Source: an uncultured delta proteobacterium (GTDB taxonomy: Bacteria; Myxococcota_A; Polyangia; Polyangiales; Polyangiaceae). Taken from it: a stretch of DNA of 64,000 bases. Under the pieces are notes generated by a model. It was given only the letters and a program-made list of their open reading frames with translations, did no database searches and was not told where the DNA came from. Below are positions 1-9,477 of this stretch, one piece after another (positions within the stretch are counted from its first letter, which is position 1; the number at the start of each line of letters is the position of its first letter). The stretch lies in the NCBI GenBank assembly GCA_963716725.1, contig CAVQUB010000005.1, positions 64,001 to 128,000 of the forward strand. Reading direction: 5' to 3'. A program made the translations under genes and the position numbers.

Positions 1-232
1 GGGCGCCGCCGAGCGCCGCGTGCACCTCGGCGAAGCACAACGCCCGCTCGCTGGCAGTCCGCTCACACTGACGATCGGGCGTTCCCTCGAGCTCGATCCA
101 CAGGCGACTCGAGTGGGCGACCATGGCGTCCGTTGGCGGGGCGAGCTCGGCTGAGCGCACGGTGGCGTGGTGATGGTGCGTGCACGCGAACGAGAAGCCC
201 GCGGCGACGATCCAGGCGTGCTGCCGGTTCAT
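1..232 (-). CDS. Lipoprotein, hypothetical (partial, runs off window start)
   Basis: Read manually: ATG at 232, MNRQHAWIVAAGFSFACTHHHHATVRSAELAPP..., open to position 1; lipobox-like FSFAC; TATCGT 6 nt upstream. Confidence 0.65.
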   Translation of the reverse strand, partial: MNRQHAWIVAAGFSFACTHHHHATVRSAELAPPTDAMVAHSSRLWIELEGTPDRQCERTASERALCFAEVHAALGGA

Positions 233-364
233 GCGATCACGATAGCGATCGATCCGCGAGCTGGCCCAGTTCGCGACCCGCGGCATTTCCTGCGTGATTC
301 TGAGCGGTTTATCGGTGGCGGCCTCCGGCGGTCGGCGCATGTCTGGGAAAGATGCGCAGGAAAT

Positions 365-393
365 CTGACTTGTGCCGCACCTCCCCCTATATT
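365..393 (+). promoter_or_regulatory. sigma70-type promoter CTGACT-N17-TATATT, probable leaderless transcript
   Basis: -35 at 365-370, -10 at 388-393, ATG at 401, no Shine-Dalgarno. Confidence 0.5.
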
Positions 394-400
394 GTCCGAC

Positions 401-613
401 ATGGCCAACATTCGGCACATCCATCAGTACATGACGGATCGCCGCCGGGTGCTGCTCGGAGACGGCCGTGTCGGAAAGATCATTCGGATCGACACGGATT
501 TTCCCCATGGCAGCACGACGGTGTCCGTTTGGACCGGTGAAGGCCCCGGTGTCACCAAGGTCGACATCGGCGAGGTCGTCGGTCCGGCGCCGCAGGCGAA
601 GAAGAGCGCCTGA
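401..613 (+). CDS. Small hypothetical protein (70 aa, beta-rich)
   Basis: MANIRHIHQYMTDRRRVLLGDGRVGKIIRID...; GC3-biased codons; promoter directly upstream; ORF-track start at 167 unlikely. Confidence 0.7.
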   Translation: MANIRHIHQYMTDRRRVLLGDGRVGKIIRIDTDFPHGSTTVSVWTGEGPGVTKVDIGEVVGPAPQAKKSA

Positions 614-622
614 GTGCCGCGG

Positions 623-659
623 GGCGCCCCAGGGTCGGCCACGGCCGGCTCGGGGCGCC
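623..659. terminator. GC-rich hairpin between convergent genes
   Basis: GGCGCCCC..GGTCGGCC-AC-GGCCGGCT..GGGGCGCC imperfect inverted repeat; no U-tract. Confidence 0.4.
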
Positions 660-675
660 GGCGGGCTGGTGCGGG

Positions 676-1602
676 TCAGTCACTGGGCGAGGTCTGGGAC
701 GCCTGCAGTTCGCCTTGCAGCAAGAAGCCCCCGCCGTTGCCGCGATTGGCAGCGAAAGCGTTGGCAGGTTGCCCGGCCCGCAGCGAGAGGTAGATGGTGG
801 GAGCCGTGCCCGTGGGCAACGAACCGTCTGGACCCAGATTCACTGGCTGGCCCGCGGCGCTGCGGAACTGCTCCCGCAAGGCCGGTTGCGACAGATCGAG
901 GTAGCTGCCGAGGGCGAGCCACATCTCCGCGACCTCGCCATTGTACTTCGCATCGCCGCCGTTGTCGGCGAACAGCCCCCACTGATTGCCGGTGTTGTCC
1001 ATCAGCGTGTCCGAATAGAAGTTCACGGTGATCGACGGGACGCCGTCCAGGTACAGGTGGCGTTTGCCCTGATCCGACAGGTCGGCGCTGAACATCACAT
1101 GGTGCCAACTGGCGGTGTCGGTGACCGCGGCGCTGTAGAGGTCTACCGCCACGCCGCCCCCGGCCCTGCGCCACACCACACGAAACCGATCGCTCGCGGT
1201 CCACTCCAGCGCATTGGGACTGCCGGAGCCCGCGGCTTCGGGACCGATGCAATACGTGCTGCCAAGACCGACCCGTTTGAACCAAATGGAACCGGTGACC
1301 TGTTTGCTGTCCGCGGTGCCGAGCGGCGCCTTCCTGTCGAGCCAGTCGCTCACGCCGTCGAACACCACGCCAAGCACCGGGAACGCGGGGACGCCGCCCG
1401 CGCCGCCGGCGCTCACCGCCCCCGTACCTGCCGTGCCGCCGGTGCCGCCCGTGCTCACCGCTCCCGTGCCTGCCGTGCCACCACCGCTGGCAACGACGCC
1501 GCCGCTGCCGTCGGCGGGCTGCACCTCGCCGACGTCGAGGCAGGCCGCGAGCAGCATCGATCCGGCGACGAGCGCCGCCGCGGGAAGGGACTGTCGGGCC
1601 AC
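676..1602 (-). CDS. Lipoprotein with Gly-rich linker and LamG/concanavalin A-like domain
   Basis: LLAAC lipobox, GGT linker, motifs FDGVSDWL, TGSIWFK, WHHVMFS, LYLDG, YNGEVAEM; start set at GTG 1602 after TATGCT-N6. Confidence 0.8.
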   Translation of the reverse strand: MARQSLPAAALVAGSMLLAACLDVGEVQPADGSGGVVASGGGTAGTGAVSTGGTGGTAGTGAVSAGGAGGVPAFPVLGVVFDGVSDWLDRKAPLGTADSKQVTGSIWFKRVGLGSTYCIGPEAAGSGSPNALEWTASDRFRVVWRRAGGGVAVDLYSAAVTDTASWHHVMFSADLSDQGKRHLYLDGVPSITVNFYSDTLMDNTGNQWGLFADNGGDAKYNGEVAEMWLALGSYLDLSQPALREQFRSAAGQPVNLGPDGSLPTGTAPTIYLSLRAGQPANAFAANRGNGGGFLLQGELQASQTSPSD

Positions 1603-1691
1603 TCGAAAAGCATACACGTCGAGGGCCAGATGCGCAGGAGCTCCAGGCGCGGCAAGCTGCGGCTCGGCCGCCGCGGGGCGCCCCCCTTTGG

Positions 1692-2465
1692 TCAGAGCGG
1701 CCAGTGCACCCGCGGGATCGGGTACGCGGGCTTGGCCAGCAAGTAGCCCTGGACGTAGTCGACGCCACAGTCACGCACGGCCCGAAGCTCGTCCAGTGTC
1801 TCGATCCCTTCGGCGACGACCGCCGCGCCGAGCTCCTTGGACAGCTCGGTCATGGAGCGCACCAAGATTTGCTGGCGCCGGTTCTTGTCGAGCTCGATGA
1901 TCAACTGGCGGTCGAGCTTCACGACCTGTGGCTCGAGATCGAGCACACGCTTGAGGTTGCTGTGCCCCGCGCCCAGGTCGTCGACTACCAAGTGAACCTG
2001 TGCGCGAGCGCAGATCTCCTTGAGCACGCTACGACACAGGTCGAAGTAGGCGAAGGCGGCGGACTCGGTGATCTCCAAGAACACCTCGGCGTCGTGGTAG
2101 TTCAGCGGATCGTCCGGCCGCACCAGCCAGCGCGAGCTGAGCTCGTCCGGGTGCACGTTGACGAACAATCGGTGACCGGCGCCGCGCGCAAAGGCGACGT
2201 CGCGGATCGGGCGCCCGAGGCGACCCGTGGACTTCTCTTCCACCGCCCGCTCGAACAGCTTGGACGGATCTCGGTACTCGGGCACTTTGCACCGCACCAA
2301 CGCTTCTTGAGCAAACGCCTGCCCAGTCGCCATGGACACGATGGGCTGGAAGTGCACGTCGAGATCGTCGGCGGTCAAGAAGCGCGTGCTCTTGACGCTA
2401 CCGGCACGCGCCTGCGCGACGTCGCCTTCGGTCGCGGTCCATTTCAGGTTGCGCGGTGAGCTCAT
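1692..2465 (-). CDS. Stand-alone EAL domain c-di-GMP phosphodiesterase
   Basis: FQPIV, QEALVR, FVNV, EITE, DDLGAG, KLDR, VVAEGIE and QGYLLAKP motifs all present. Confidence 0.93.
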   Translation of the reverse strand: MSSPRNLKWTATEGDVAQARAGSVKSTRFLTADDLDVHFQPIVSMATGQAFAQEALVRCKVPEYRDPSKLFERAVEEKSTGRLGRPIRDVAFARGAGHRLFVNVHPDELSSRWLVRPDDPLNYHDAEVFLEITESAAFAYFDLCRSVLKEICARAQVHLVVDDLGAGHSNLKRVLDLEPQVVKLDRQLIIELDKNRRQQILVRSMTELSKELGAAVVAEGIETLDELRAVRDCGVDYVQGYLLAKPAYPIPRVHWPL

Positions 2466-2516
2466 GTTCGACGGTCCGGTGCGCGAGCGCGAACTTCGAG
2501 CGTACCATGGCGCCTG

Positions 2517-3902
2517 TTACTTTTCGCGGCTGCCCGAGGAGAAAGTGAGGCCGCGGATCCGGACGGCGGGAGCGGCCACGGAGCCGCCGGCGGACCACCA
2601 GTTGGGCGCGATGACCCGCTCGGCGGTCATGCTGTCCATGCCGTCCGCGCGTTCGAGGGCTTCGAGCAGGCTGTCGGTGAAGCGCATGCTCTCGATGGGT
2701 CGAGTCACTTTGCCGCCTTCGATCAGAAACGTGCCGTCACGGGTCAGTCCGGTCATCACGGCGCGGCGTGGCTCGAGGTAGCCGTTCACGTAGTGCAGAC
2801 GTCGCACATAGAGACCCCGGTCCACGCCGGCGATCAGCTCGTCGACGCTCTTGGCGCTCCCACCTTGTACGACCAGCGACGACGGCAGGGGACCTCCGAC
2901 GCCGAACCCTCCCGGTTGCGCGGCGTTGCCCGTCGAGCTCACCCCGGCGCGGTTCGCGGTCAGGCGGTCGTGCACCACGCCCTGGGCCACGCCACGGACG
3001 ATCAGCGGAACCTGCCGCCGCGCGACACCCTCGCGATCGAAGGGCGCCGCGAAGGCGTGGGCGCCCAGAGGGTCCTCGACGACGCTGAACGACTCTGCCG
3101 TGATGCGTTCGCCGAGGCGACCGGACAGCGGGCTCAGCCCCTGCTCGAGTTCCCGGGCCCCCAGGCCGATCATCGCGAGCCACTCCACCAGCTCGCACAA
3201 GGCCAACGCGCCCAGCACGGTGTCGTAGCGGCCCGCCGGCAGCGAGCCGGGGTTCTTTCCGCGCAGCGCGTCGGCGATGGCTCGCTCGGTCTCGGCCTCG
3301 ATCTCGAGGCGGTCGAGATCCACGTGGGCGCCCATGCCGTGACCCGACGCGCCGCTGCTGCCCGCCGTCTCGAGCGCCCACACCTTGAAGGTCGCCAGAG
3401 TGCTCTCGTGGGACCGCGTCAGGCCGTGGGAGGTGGCTACGGCTTCGATGCGCGAGGTGGTATCGAGCACCCCGGTCGCGAGCAAGCCCGCCGAACGAAT
3501 GCGCTCGAACACCGGCGCCAGCAGGGCGACGCGCTGTTCCGCGCTCGCGCTCGCGGTGCTTTCCGCGTAGCGCGCCACCGGGACGGGCGTCGGCTCGTCG
3601 GGGCGGGCGAAGCCCGCGAAGAGCGGGTCGCGCGGCACGCTGGCGGCGGCCGCAGCGGTTCGCTGAATCACGCTCACGATGGCCGCTTCGTCGAGCTCCG
3701 AGGTGCTGGCCTCGAGCACCCGACCGTCGCGCGAGACTCGCACCGCCACCACCGGCTCTTCGAGCTGCATGTGCTGTCCGAGCTCGCCCACGGAAAATCG
3801 GGCGAAGCCTCGCCGCGCGAAGGTCGCGTAGAGCTCGGCATCGGGCTCTCCGGAAGTGGCCAGGGCCGAGCTGAGCAGGCCTGCGAGCTCTTCGCCCTTC
3901 AC
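2517..3902 (-). CDS. pmbA: TldD/PmbA family protein, PmbA/TldE-like subunit
   Basis: PFDREG, STGNA, TGLTRDGTFLIEGG and RFTDS motifs; no HExxxH; GTG start overlaps the tldD stop (GTGA). Confidence 0.85.
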   Translation of the reverse strand: MKGEELAGLLSSALATSGEPDAELYATFARRGFARFSVGELGQHMQLEEPVVAVRVSRDGRVLEASTSELDEAAIVSVIQRTAAAAASVPRDPLFAGFARPDEPTPVPVARYAESTASASAEQRVALLAPVFERIRSAGLLATGVLDTTSRIEAVATSHGLTRSHESTLATFKVWALETAGSSGASGHGMGAHVDLDRLEIEAETERAIADALRGKNPGSLPAGRYDTVLGALALCELVEWLAMIGLGARELEQGLSPLSGRLGERITAESFSVVEDPLGAHAFAAPFDREGVARRQVPLIVRGVAQGVVHDRLTANRAGVSSTGNAAQPGGFGVGGPLPSSLVVQGGSAKSVDELIAGVDRGLYVRRLHYVNGYLEPRRAVMTGLTRDGTFLIEGGKVTRPIESMRFTDSLLEALERADGMDSMTAERVIAPNWWSAGGSVAAPAVRIRGLTFSSGSREK

Positions 3903-5365
3903 GAGTGTCCGACCTCCACCTTGCGGAAGCGCGCTGGCGGTGCCGAGTGCGCCACCGCCATGGTTTGGATGGGATCCCCTTTGCCGCAGAGCATGAGTCC
4001 CCAGATGCGGGTCTCTTCGGGTCCGCAGATGGCGTCGCAGCTCTGCCAGAAGCGCGGGGTCATGCCCGTGTAGCGCGCGTCGCGAAGCATGCGAACGCGT
4101 TTTCCGTGTTTGATCTCCCAGGCGATCTCGCAGGAGAATTGAAAGTTCAGGCGGAGGTCGTCGATGCTCCAGCTCTGATTGACGTCGAACAAGATCCCGT
4201 CGGCGGTGTCGGCCACCAGGTCTTCCAGTGATCCGCTCCTCGGCTCCAGCGAGACGTTCACCATGCGGATCATCGGGACGCGGTTCCACCCATCGGCGCG
4301 CACCGTCGCCGTGGACTCCCGCCCGAGCGCAGCCGCGGTCTCTCGCGACGACAGGTAGTCCACGAAGATCCCGTCCTGTACCAGGGGAACCTTCCGGGCT
4401 GGCATGCCCTCGTCGTCCCAGCCGAAGGTGCCGAGGCCTTGGGGCGCGGTCGAGTCCGCGGTCAGGGTCACGATCTTCGAGCCATAGCGCAGCTTGCCCA
4501 GGTCTTCGGGCTGCAAGAACGAGCCCCCGGCCAGCGAGATCTCCGATCCCAACGCGCGATCGAGCTCGGTGGGATGCCCACACGACTCGTGGACCTGCAG
4601 CGCCAGCTGATTGCTGCCGAGCAGAATGTCCCGGACGCCTTCGGGGCACGGGTCGGCCGCGAGCAACTCGATCACTTCGCTCCGGATGCGAGGAGCAGCG
4701 GACGCGAGATCCGTCCGCGCGACGATCTCGTAGCCGCCCTGCAGGCCCTCGGAGCCAGGGAAGCCCGGGAACGAGCGGCGCTGCATCCGGCCGTCGCTGC
4801 TCACCGCGATGGCGGTCATGCCGGTGCCACCGAAGACCAGACGTTGCGAGACATCGGTGCCCTCGCTGGTGAGCAACAGCTTCTCGATCTCGGTCCAATG
4901 CATCCACGCCTCGGCGCTGTGGATCGGCGCGCCCCCGCGTCGCAGTTCGGCCTCTGGCGTCGCGAGATCTTCCAGCTTCCGCTCCAGGGACACCGAGAAG
5001 GGCTCGATTTCGACCGGGGAAGCATACTCACCGACCTCACCGTCTCGCGCCGGGAAGCTCACGGGCTGCGCTTGGAGCCGGGCGCTGGCGCGCGCGACCC
5101 CGATGGCCTCGTCCACCATGCGCAACACGGCGGTTTCGGTGTCGGCCTGCGCACAGGCGAAGCCCCAGGCCCCCTTCGCGATCAAGCGTACCGAGAAGCC
5201 CGAGCTGTTGCCGCTCGAGATCCCGTCCGGCGCGCCTTCTCGAACCCGCAGTCGCTCGTTCCGCTCGCGGAGCCAGCGGACCTCGACATGGGACACGTCG
5301 GGGTGCTGCTTTGCCCGTCGAAGTGCGGTCGTGCAGAGGTCGCGAGCCTTCGCGGGCGCTGGCAT
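3899..5365 (-). CDS. tldD: TldD metalloprotease
   Basis: HESCGH metal motif, GAWGFA, WDDEG, PMIRMVN, SWSIDD, CGKG. Confidence 0.92.
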   Translation of the reverse strand: MPAPAKARDLCTTALRRAKQHPDVSHVEVRWLRERNERLRVREGAPDGISSGNSSGFSVRLIAKGAWGFACAQADTETAVLRMVDEAIGVARASARLQAQPVSFPARDGEVGEYASPVEIEPFSVSLERKLEDLATPEAELRRGGAPIHSAEAWMHWTEIEKLLLTSEGTDVSQRLVFGGTGMTAIAVSSDGRMQRRSFPGFPGSEGLQGGYEIVARTDLASAAPRIRSEVIELLAADPCPEGVRDILLGSNQLALQVHESCGHPTELDRALGSEISLAGGSFLQPEDLGKLRYGSKIVTLTADSTAPQGLGTFGWDDEGMPARKVPLVQDGIFVDYLSSRETAAALGRESTATVRADGWNRVPMIRMVNVSLEPRSGSLEDLVADTADGILFDVNQSWSIDDLRLNFQFSCEIAWEIKHGKRVRMLRDARYTGMTPRFWQSCDAICGPEETRIWGLMLCGKGDPIQTMAVAHSAPPARFRKVEVGHS

Positions 5366-5427
5366 GGCGCGCGGAGTCTAACCCGGTCGCCCCACCCGGC
5401 CGCGCAGAATGTGGCACCATCGGCGTG

Positions 5428-5595
5428 ATGACGACGCACGGGCCTTGGGCGGTCTGGGCAGCGCTCTTGGTCGTGGGGTGCGGCGCGGGTCCTGAAAACC
5501 ACTCCATCCTGGCCGCCCTCGTGACCGCGATGGTCCTATGCCCGCGGCGCCGCAGGTCTCGCCGAGCGCGGACTGCAGTCCATCGGGTGCTCTAG
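5428..5595 (+). pseudogene. 55-aa mini-ORF: lipoprotein signal joined to a MYXO-CTERM-like tail (probable collapsed gene)
   Basis: MTTHGPWAVWAALLVVGC GAGPENHS ILAALVTAMVLCPRRRRSRR...; CACCAT-N7-ATG. Confidence 0.4.
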
Positions 5596-5741
5596 GAGGC
5601 CGTTGGAGTATTCACGAGCGCTGCGGTCGCGCGTTGCTCCGCCGCAACCATCGTCTCGAGGCAAACCCCACAGCTTACACGAGATCGCCCCCTGCTTTCC
5701 ACGCTGTTTCTGCCAGGCGCACCACGCTAGAGAGTCGGGTC

Positions 5742-7103
5742 ATGAGGCGGCTGTCCCGTGCTGGTGCTCGCGCGCTGCCCCGTGCGCTGGCCGTTTCAGC
5801 GAGCGCATCCGCGCTGCTCCTGGCCTCGCCGCCTGCGCGGGCGGCGGAGACCTTCGATGCCTTCACGCTCTCTTCACTGGTGAATCAGAACGTGAACGTC
5901 ATGGTCGCGAACCAGCGTCTCTTACGCGCGCAGGAGATCGTGGGCTTCGACGGCTGGTACTTCGGATTCGCCAGCCGCGGCGCTCCGGCGTCTTATCGCA
6001 TGTCCGACGGCTCCACGCTCGACGGCGGGGTCGCGCGCGCGTTCCTCGTAGCGGGCGGACGCATGGCGAACCTGTTCATGGACTTGTCGGTTTACGCGGG
6101 CATTCAGGTCGACCACGCGAGCGCGAGCGACTTCCCCAACGTCATGAGCCCGGCCGGCAGCAGCGAGGGCAAGGGCGAGAAGGTGGTCGGCTTCTTCAGC
6201 GAGGCCATCTTCCACGGAGGTGTGTCGATGCAGGGTGTGAGCTTGAGCGGAGGCGTCCTGGCGCAGACGATGCGCTTCGATGCCGATCCCGCCGGGCGAT
6301 TCGTGCCCTACGGCTACCCGGACGACCAAGACCGCAACTTTCGCCCGGGCACGCCCGCGCTGGTGCGCGCGCGCCAAGGCGAGCAGCAGGCGCAGTGGAG
6401 CTACTTCGTGAACCTGGACTCCGACCGCGGCTACGCGCTCGGCGCGTTGTTCAGCCAAGTGGAGGAGGTCACGGAGCGCGGGCAATCCCAAGTCGACAGC
6501 GCGCTCGCAGCGGTGCGAGCGCTGGCACAACCGCGCGACCTGCTGAGCTCGCTCTCGTCTCAGGCGCTCGGCTACCCCGGGCTCGGCCTCAACCGCTACG
6601 CTCCGGGCGTGGATTACTACGGTGACCGCTTCAAGGAGTTGCAGAAGGCGGTGCGTGACGTGCGGCCCATCCCTCCGACCCGAAGCGCGGCGATCTACGA
6701 GGTCCCGCTGGTGTGGGACCGGATCCTCGGCAGCCCGGTGAGCACGCGCTTCGTTCCTCAGATCTCACCCGAGCCCTTGTTCCGGTTGGCTGACGTGTCG
6801 GCCTCTTTCCAGGCCGACATCTTCGAAGTGGGTGCGCGCGCCACGGTCTTCCGGCGCGCGGACGGGTACACCGGGGCCAGCGATCTCTACGCCGGCGTCC
6901 ACCTGACCGACCCGAAGGAAAAGAAGGGCATCAGCGTCAACGCGAGCTACAGCTTCAACAACCCGGACTCCGCGACCTTCCTGCCGATGCCCAACGCCCA
7001 CGTGCTGGGCATCGGGTTCATGCTCGGGCTGCCGGAGGCGCTGCCGCCGCCGGTACCCATCGCGCGAGACCCCCTCGAGCAGGCGAAAGAGGCCGATCGA
7101 TGA
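5742..7103 (+). CDS. Secreted hypothetical protein, possible outer-membrane beta-rich protein
   Basis: Signal peptide ending PPARA; amphipathic beta-strand pattern; ATGA overlap with next gene. Confidence 0.7.
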   Translation: MRRLSRAGARALPRALAVSASASALLLASPPARAAETFDAFTLSSLVNQNVNVMVANQRLLRAQEIVGFDGWYFGFASRGAPASYRMSDGSTLDGGVARAFLVAGGRMANLFMDLSVYAGIQVDHASASDFPNVMSPAGSSEGKGEKVVGFFSEAIFHGGVSMQGVSLSGGVLAQTMRFDADPAGRFVPYGYPDDQDRNFRPGTPALVRARQGEQQAQWSYFVNLDSDRGYALGALFSQVEEVTERGQSQVDSALAAVRALAQPRDLLSSLSSQALGYPGLGLNRYAPGVDYYGDRFKELQKAVRDVRPIPPTRSAAIYEVPLVWDRILGSPVSTRFVPQISPEPLFRLADVSASFQADIFEVGARATVFRRADGYTGASDLYAGVHLTDPKEKKGISVNASYSFNNPDSATFLPMPNAHVLGIGFMLGLPEALPPPVPIARDPLEQAKEADR

Positions 7104-9361
7104 AACGACCTCGGACGTTCTTTCGAGCTTTGTTCCGCTGGGCCTTCTTGATTCTGCCCTTCGCGCCAAGCGGCTGTTTCTTCTGGTGCACCGTCAACGA
7201 AGAGGACAGCACCATGAAGTACGACGCCGACCTGCTGAACGATTCGATGCGCACGTTGCTCCGACCGGGTGCCTGCGCGCTGCGACCGTTCACGTCGACG
7301 GATCCGGGCGCCGGCGCGGTGAAGCTCGACCTGCGCTGGTTCGAGGGCAACGGCCGTCACCTCGCCTTCGTCAGTGGTAACTTCGGAGCCACGCTGGAAG
7401 TGAGCGCGGGCGGCGAGCTGGTCGCCACGGTCGCGCCGAAGGGCGAGCTCGATTCCGCCTCGGCGGCGCCGCTCGGCTCGGGCTTCTTGGCCCTGACCTG
7501 TCGGCAGGGCGTAGCGCGTCTGGCTCGGGTCGAGAAGGCGGCCGAGCTCGCGTCGACCTCCCTCAGCGTGGCGGAGTGCGACGCCGTGGTGGGCGCCGCC
7601 GCCGCTGCATCGCACGGTGTGCTGGCGACGCGGTCAGGAGACGCCATCGAGCTCAGCAACGTGGACGAGTCCCTCACCCAGACCGGCAACCGGACGACCA
7701 ACGCAGCCGGCGCGGCGCGGTTCAGGCTCGCCGACGAGCCGAAGCCCGGCGTGCTGGCAGTGGCCTTCCAGCTCGCATCCGGAGGATGGGTGTACCGCGA
7801 GGTCGATTCGAGCGGCGCCACGCTCGTGGAGCACACGGCCAGCCTCGGCGGCGACGTCTCCGAGGGCGTTCGCGCGCGGCGCGCGGTCGGCGGGGATCTG
7901 ATCGTGGCTGCCGATGACACGCTCTCACGTTGGCGTGTGGGCAGCGATGGCCAGATCGAGAACATCCAGTCCGCTGAGCTGCCGGACATCGGCCCGAAGC
8001 AGTGGTCGGCGGAGCGTTGGTTTGGCGGCGCCATGGCAATGCAGTCCGAGCCGAACCTGGACGAACCGGGCCTCGATGTGCCGCTGGCCTATCGTTCTCG
8101 CGCGGGCGGCAGCGACGGCTTCCTCGTGCTGAAGCCGCCCACCACCCCCTGCCGCGCCGAGGACTTCTGCCGCAACGTTGGCGAGTCGTCCCTTGTGGGG
8201 GTCATCGCTCACCAGGGCAAGCCCTGGGGCATCTACGACGTCTGGGCCTGGGCTCAGGCCGTCGAATCGAAGAAGCAGAGAGCCCTGCACGCGGTCTACG
8301 CAGCGCCGCTTTTCGACAGTGCAGAGCCCGCGAACGCCCTCGGCTGCGATGGCATCGACCTCGATGCGGGCTTCGACGGGGGAAGTGGCGGCAGCGGCGG
8401 CGGCGACTCCGGTGACGCGAGCGGCGACGTCGGCGCGGATGTGAGCGCGGGCGGCAGCGGCGGCGCGGGCGGCAGCGGCGGCGGCAGCGGTAGCGGCGGC
8501 GCGGGCGGTAGCGGCGGCGCGGGCGGCAGCGGCGGCGGCAGCGGTAGCGGCGGCGCGGGTGGCAGCGGCGGCGCGGGCGGCAGCGGCGGCGCGGGTGGCA
8601 GCGGTGGCGCGACCTGTGATGCTGGGACTACCGCGCCGCTCTCGGGTAGCCCGACGCTCGTCGGCGGGTTCGGCGTGACCGTGGAGGGGTTGGCGGTGGA
8701 TGGCGCCCATGTCTACGCCAGCATGCCCAACGCGAAGACGATCTCGCGCATCGCGCTGCCGTCGGGCTCAGCCTCGGTGCTGTACACAGAGGCGAACAGC
8801 CCGAGCGGGCTCGCAATGGTCGGCACCGATTTGTATTGGGTCACCGCCGCGGGCGAACTGCGCCGCGCCCCGGCGTCGGGCCTGGGTCCGGTGACCACGG
8901 TGGCGACGGTCGGGTCGAACGCGCGCTGCCTCGCGGTGGACGCCACCCACGCCAACGTGGGACGCAACACGCTGGCGCCTATCGCGCGGGTCACGCTGTC
9001 GAACGCAGCCATTCAGAACCTCGCGACCTTCGACGCAGCTTCGGGCATCGCCATCGGCAGCAGCGGGGACCTGTTCTTCGGCCACGTGGTCTCCGACTCG
9101 CTGTGGACGGTCCCGATCTCGGGCGCGGCGGCTAGCGAGTTCGTGAAGCTCGGCACTGGCCGGCAGGTCAGGGACCTCGAGCGCGACGGCACCACCGTCT
9201 GGGTCGCGTCGCTCAGCTCGGGCGAGATCTTGCGGGTCGACGAGACGTGCAAGGTGGTGTCCACCGCGTACGGCACCACGGCCGCCGCATTGGCGCTCTC
9301 GCCCACCCACGTGTATTGGACGACCTCAGGGACGTGGCAGGTGTTCTCGTTGCCGCGCTGA
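7100..9361 (+). CDS. Lipoprotein with poly-Gly/Ser linker and C-terminal beta-propeller
   Basis: APSGC lipobox; (GGSGGAG)n linker; LAVDGAHVY, LAMVGTDLYW and LALSPTHVYW blade repeats. Confidence 0.8.
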   Translation: MKRPRTFFRALFRWAFLILPFAPSGCFFWCTVNEEDSTMKYDADLLNDSMRTLLRPGACALRPFTSTDPGAGAVKLDLRWFEGNGRHLAFVSGNFGATLEVSAGGELVATVAPKGELDSASAAPLGSGFLALTCRQGVARLARVEKAAELASTSLSVAECDAVVGAAAAASHGVLATRSGDAIELSNVDESLTQTGNRTTNAAGAARFRLADEPKPGVLAVAFQLASGGWVYREVDSSGATLVEHTASLGGDVSEGVRARRAVGGDLIVAADDTLSRWRVGSDGQIENIQSAELPDIGPKQWSAERWFGGAMAMQSEPNLDEPGLDVPLAYRSRAGGSDGFLVLKPPTTPCRAEDFCRNVGESSLVGVIAHQGKPWGIYDVWAWAQAVESKKQRALHAVYAAPLFDSAEPANALGCDGIDLDAGFDGGSGGSGGGDSGDASGDVGADVSAGGSGGAGGSGGGSGSGGAGGSGGAGGSGGGSGSGGAGGSGGAGGSGGAGGSGGATCDAGTTAPLSGSPTLVGGFGVTVEGLAVDGAHVYASMPNAKTISRIALPSGSASVLYTEANSPSGLAMVGTDLYWVTAAGELRRAPASGLGPVTTVATVGSNARCLAVDATHANVGRNTLAPIARVTLSNAAIQNLATFDAASGIAIGSSGDLFFGHVVSDSLWTVPISGAAASEFVKLGTGRQVRDLERDGTTVWVASLSSGEILRVDETCKVVSTAYGTTAAALALSPTHVYWTTSGTWQVFSLPR
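8449..8609 (+). repeat. Coding Gly/Ser tandem repeat (GGSGGAG/GGGSGS units)
   Basis: ggcggcagcggcggcgcgggc units repeated. Confidence 0.85.
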
Positions 9362-9477
9362 ATTCGGCGCGACACGCGCAGCGTTTGCTTTCAGCCCCCG
9401 AGACCTCCGCAAGGCGATTTGGCAGGGGGTGCAACGCCCTCCTAGCCACCCTGCGCTCGGCTTCCTAGGATGACCCG

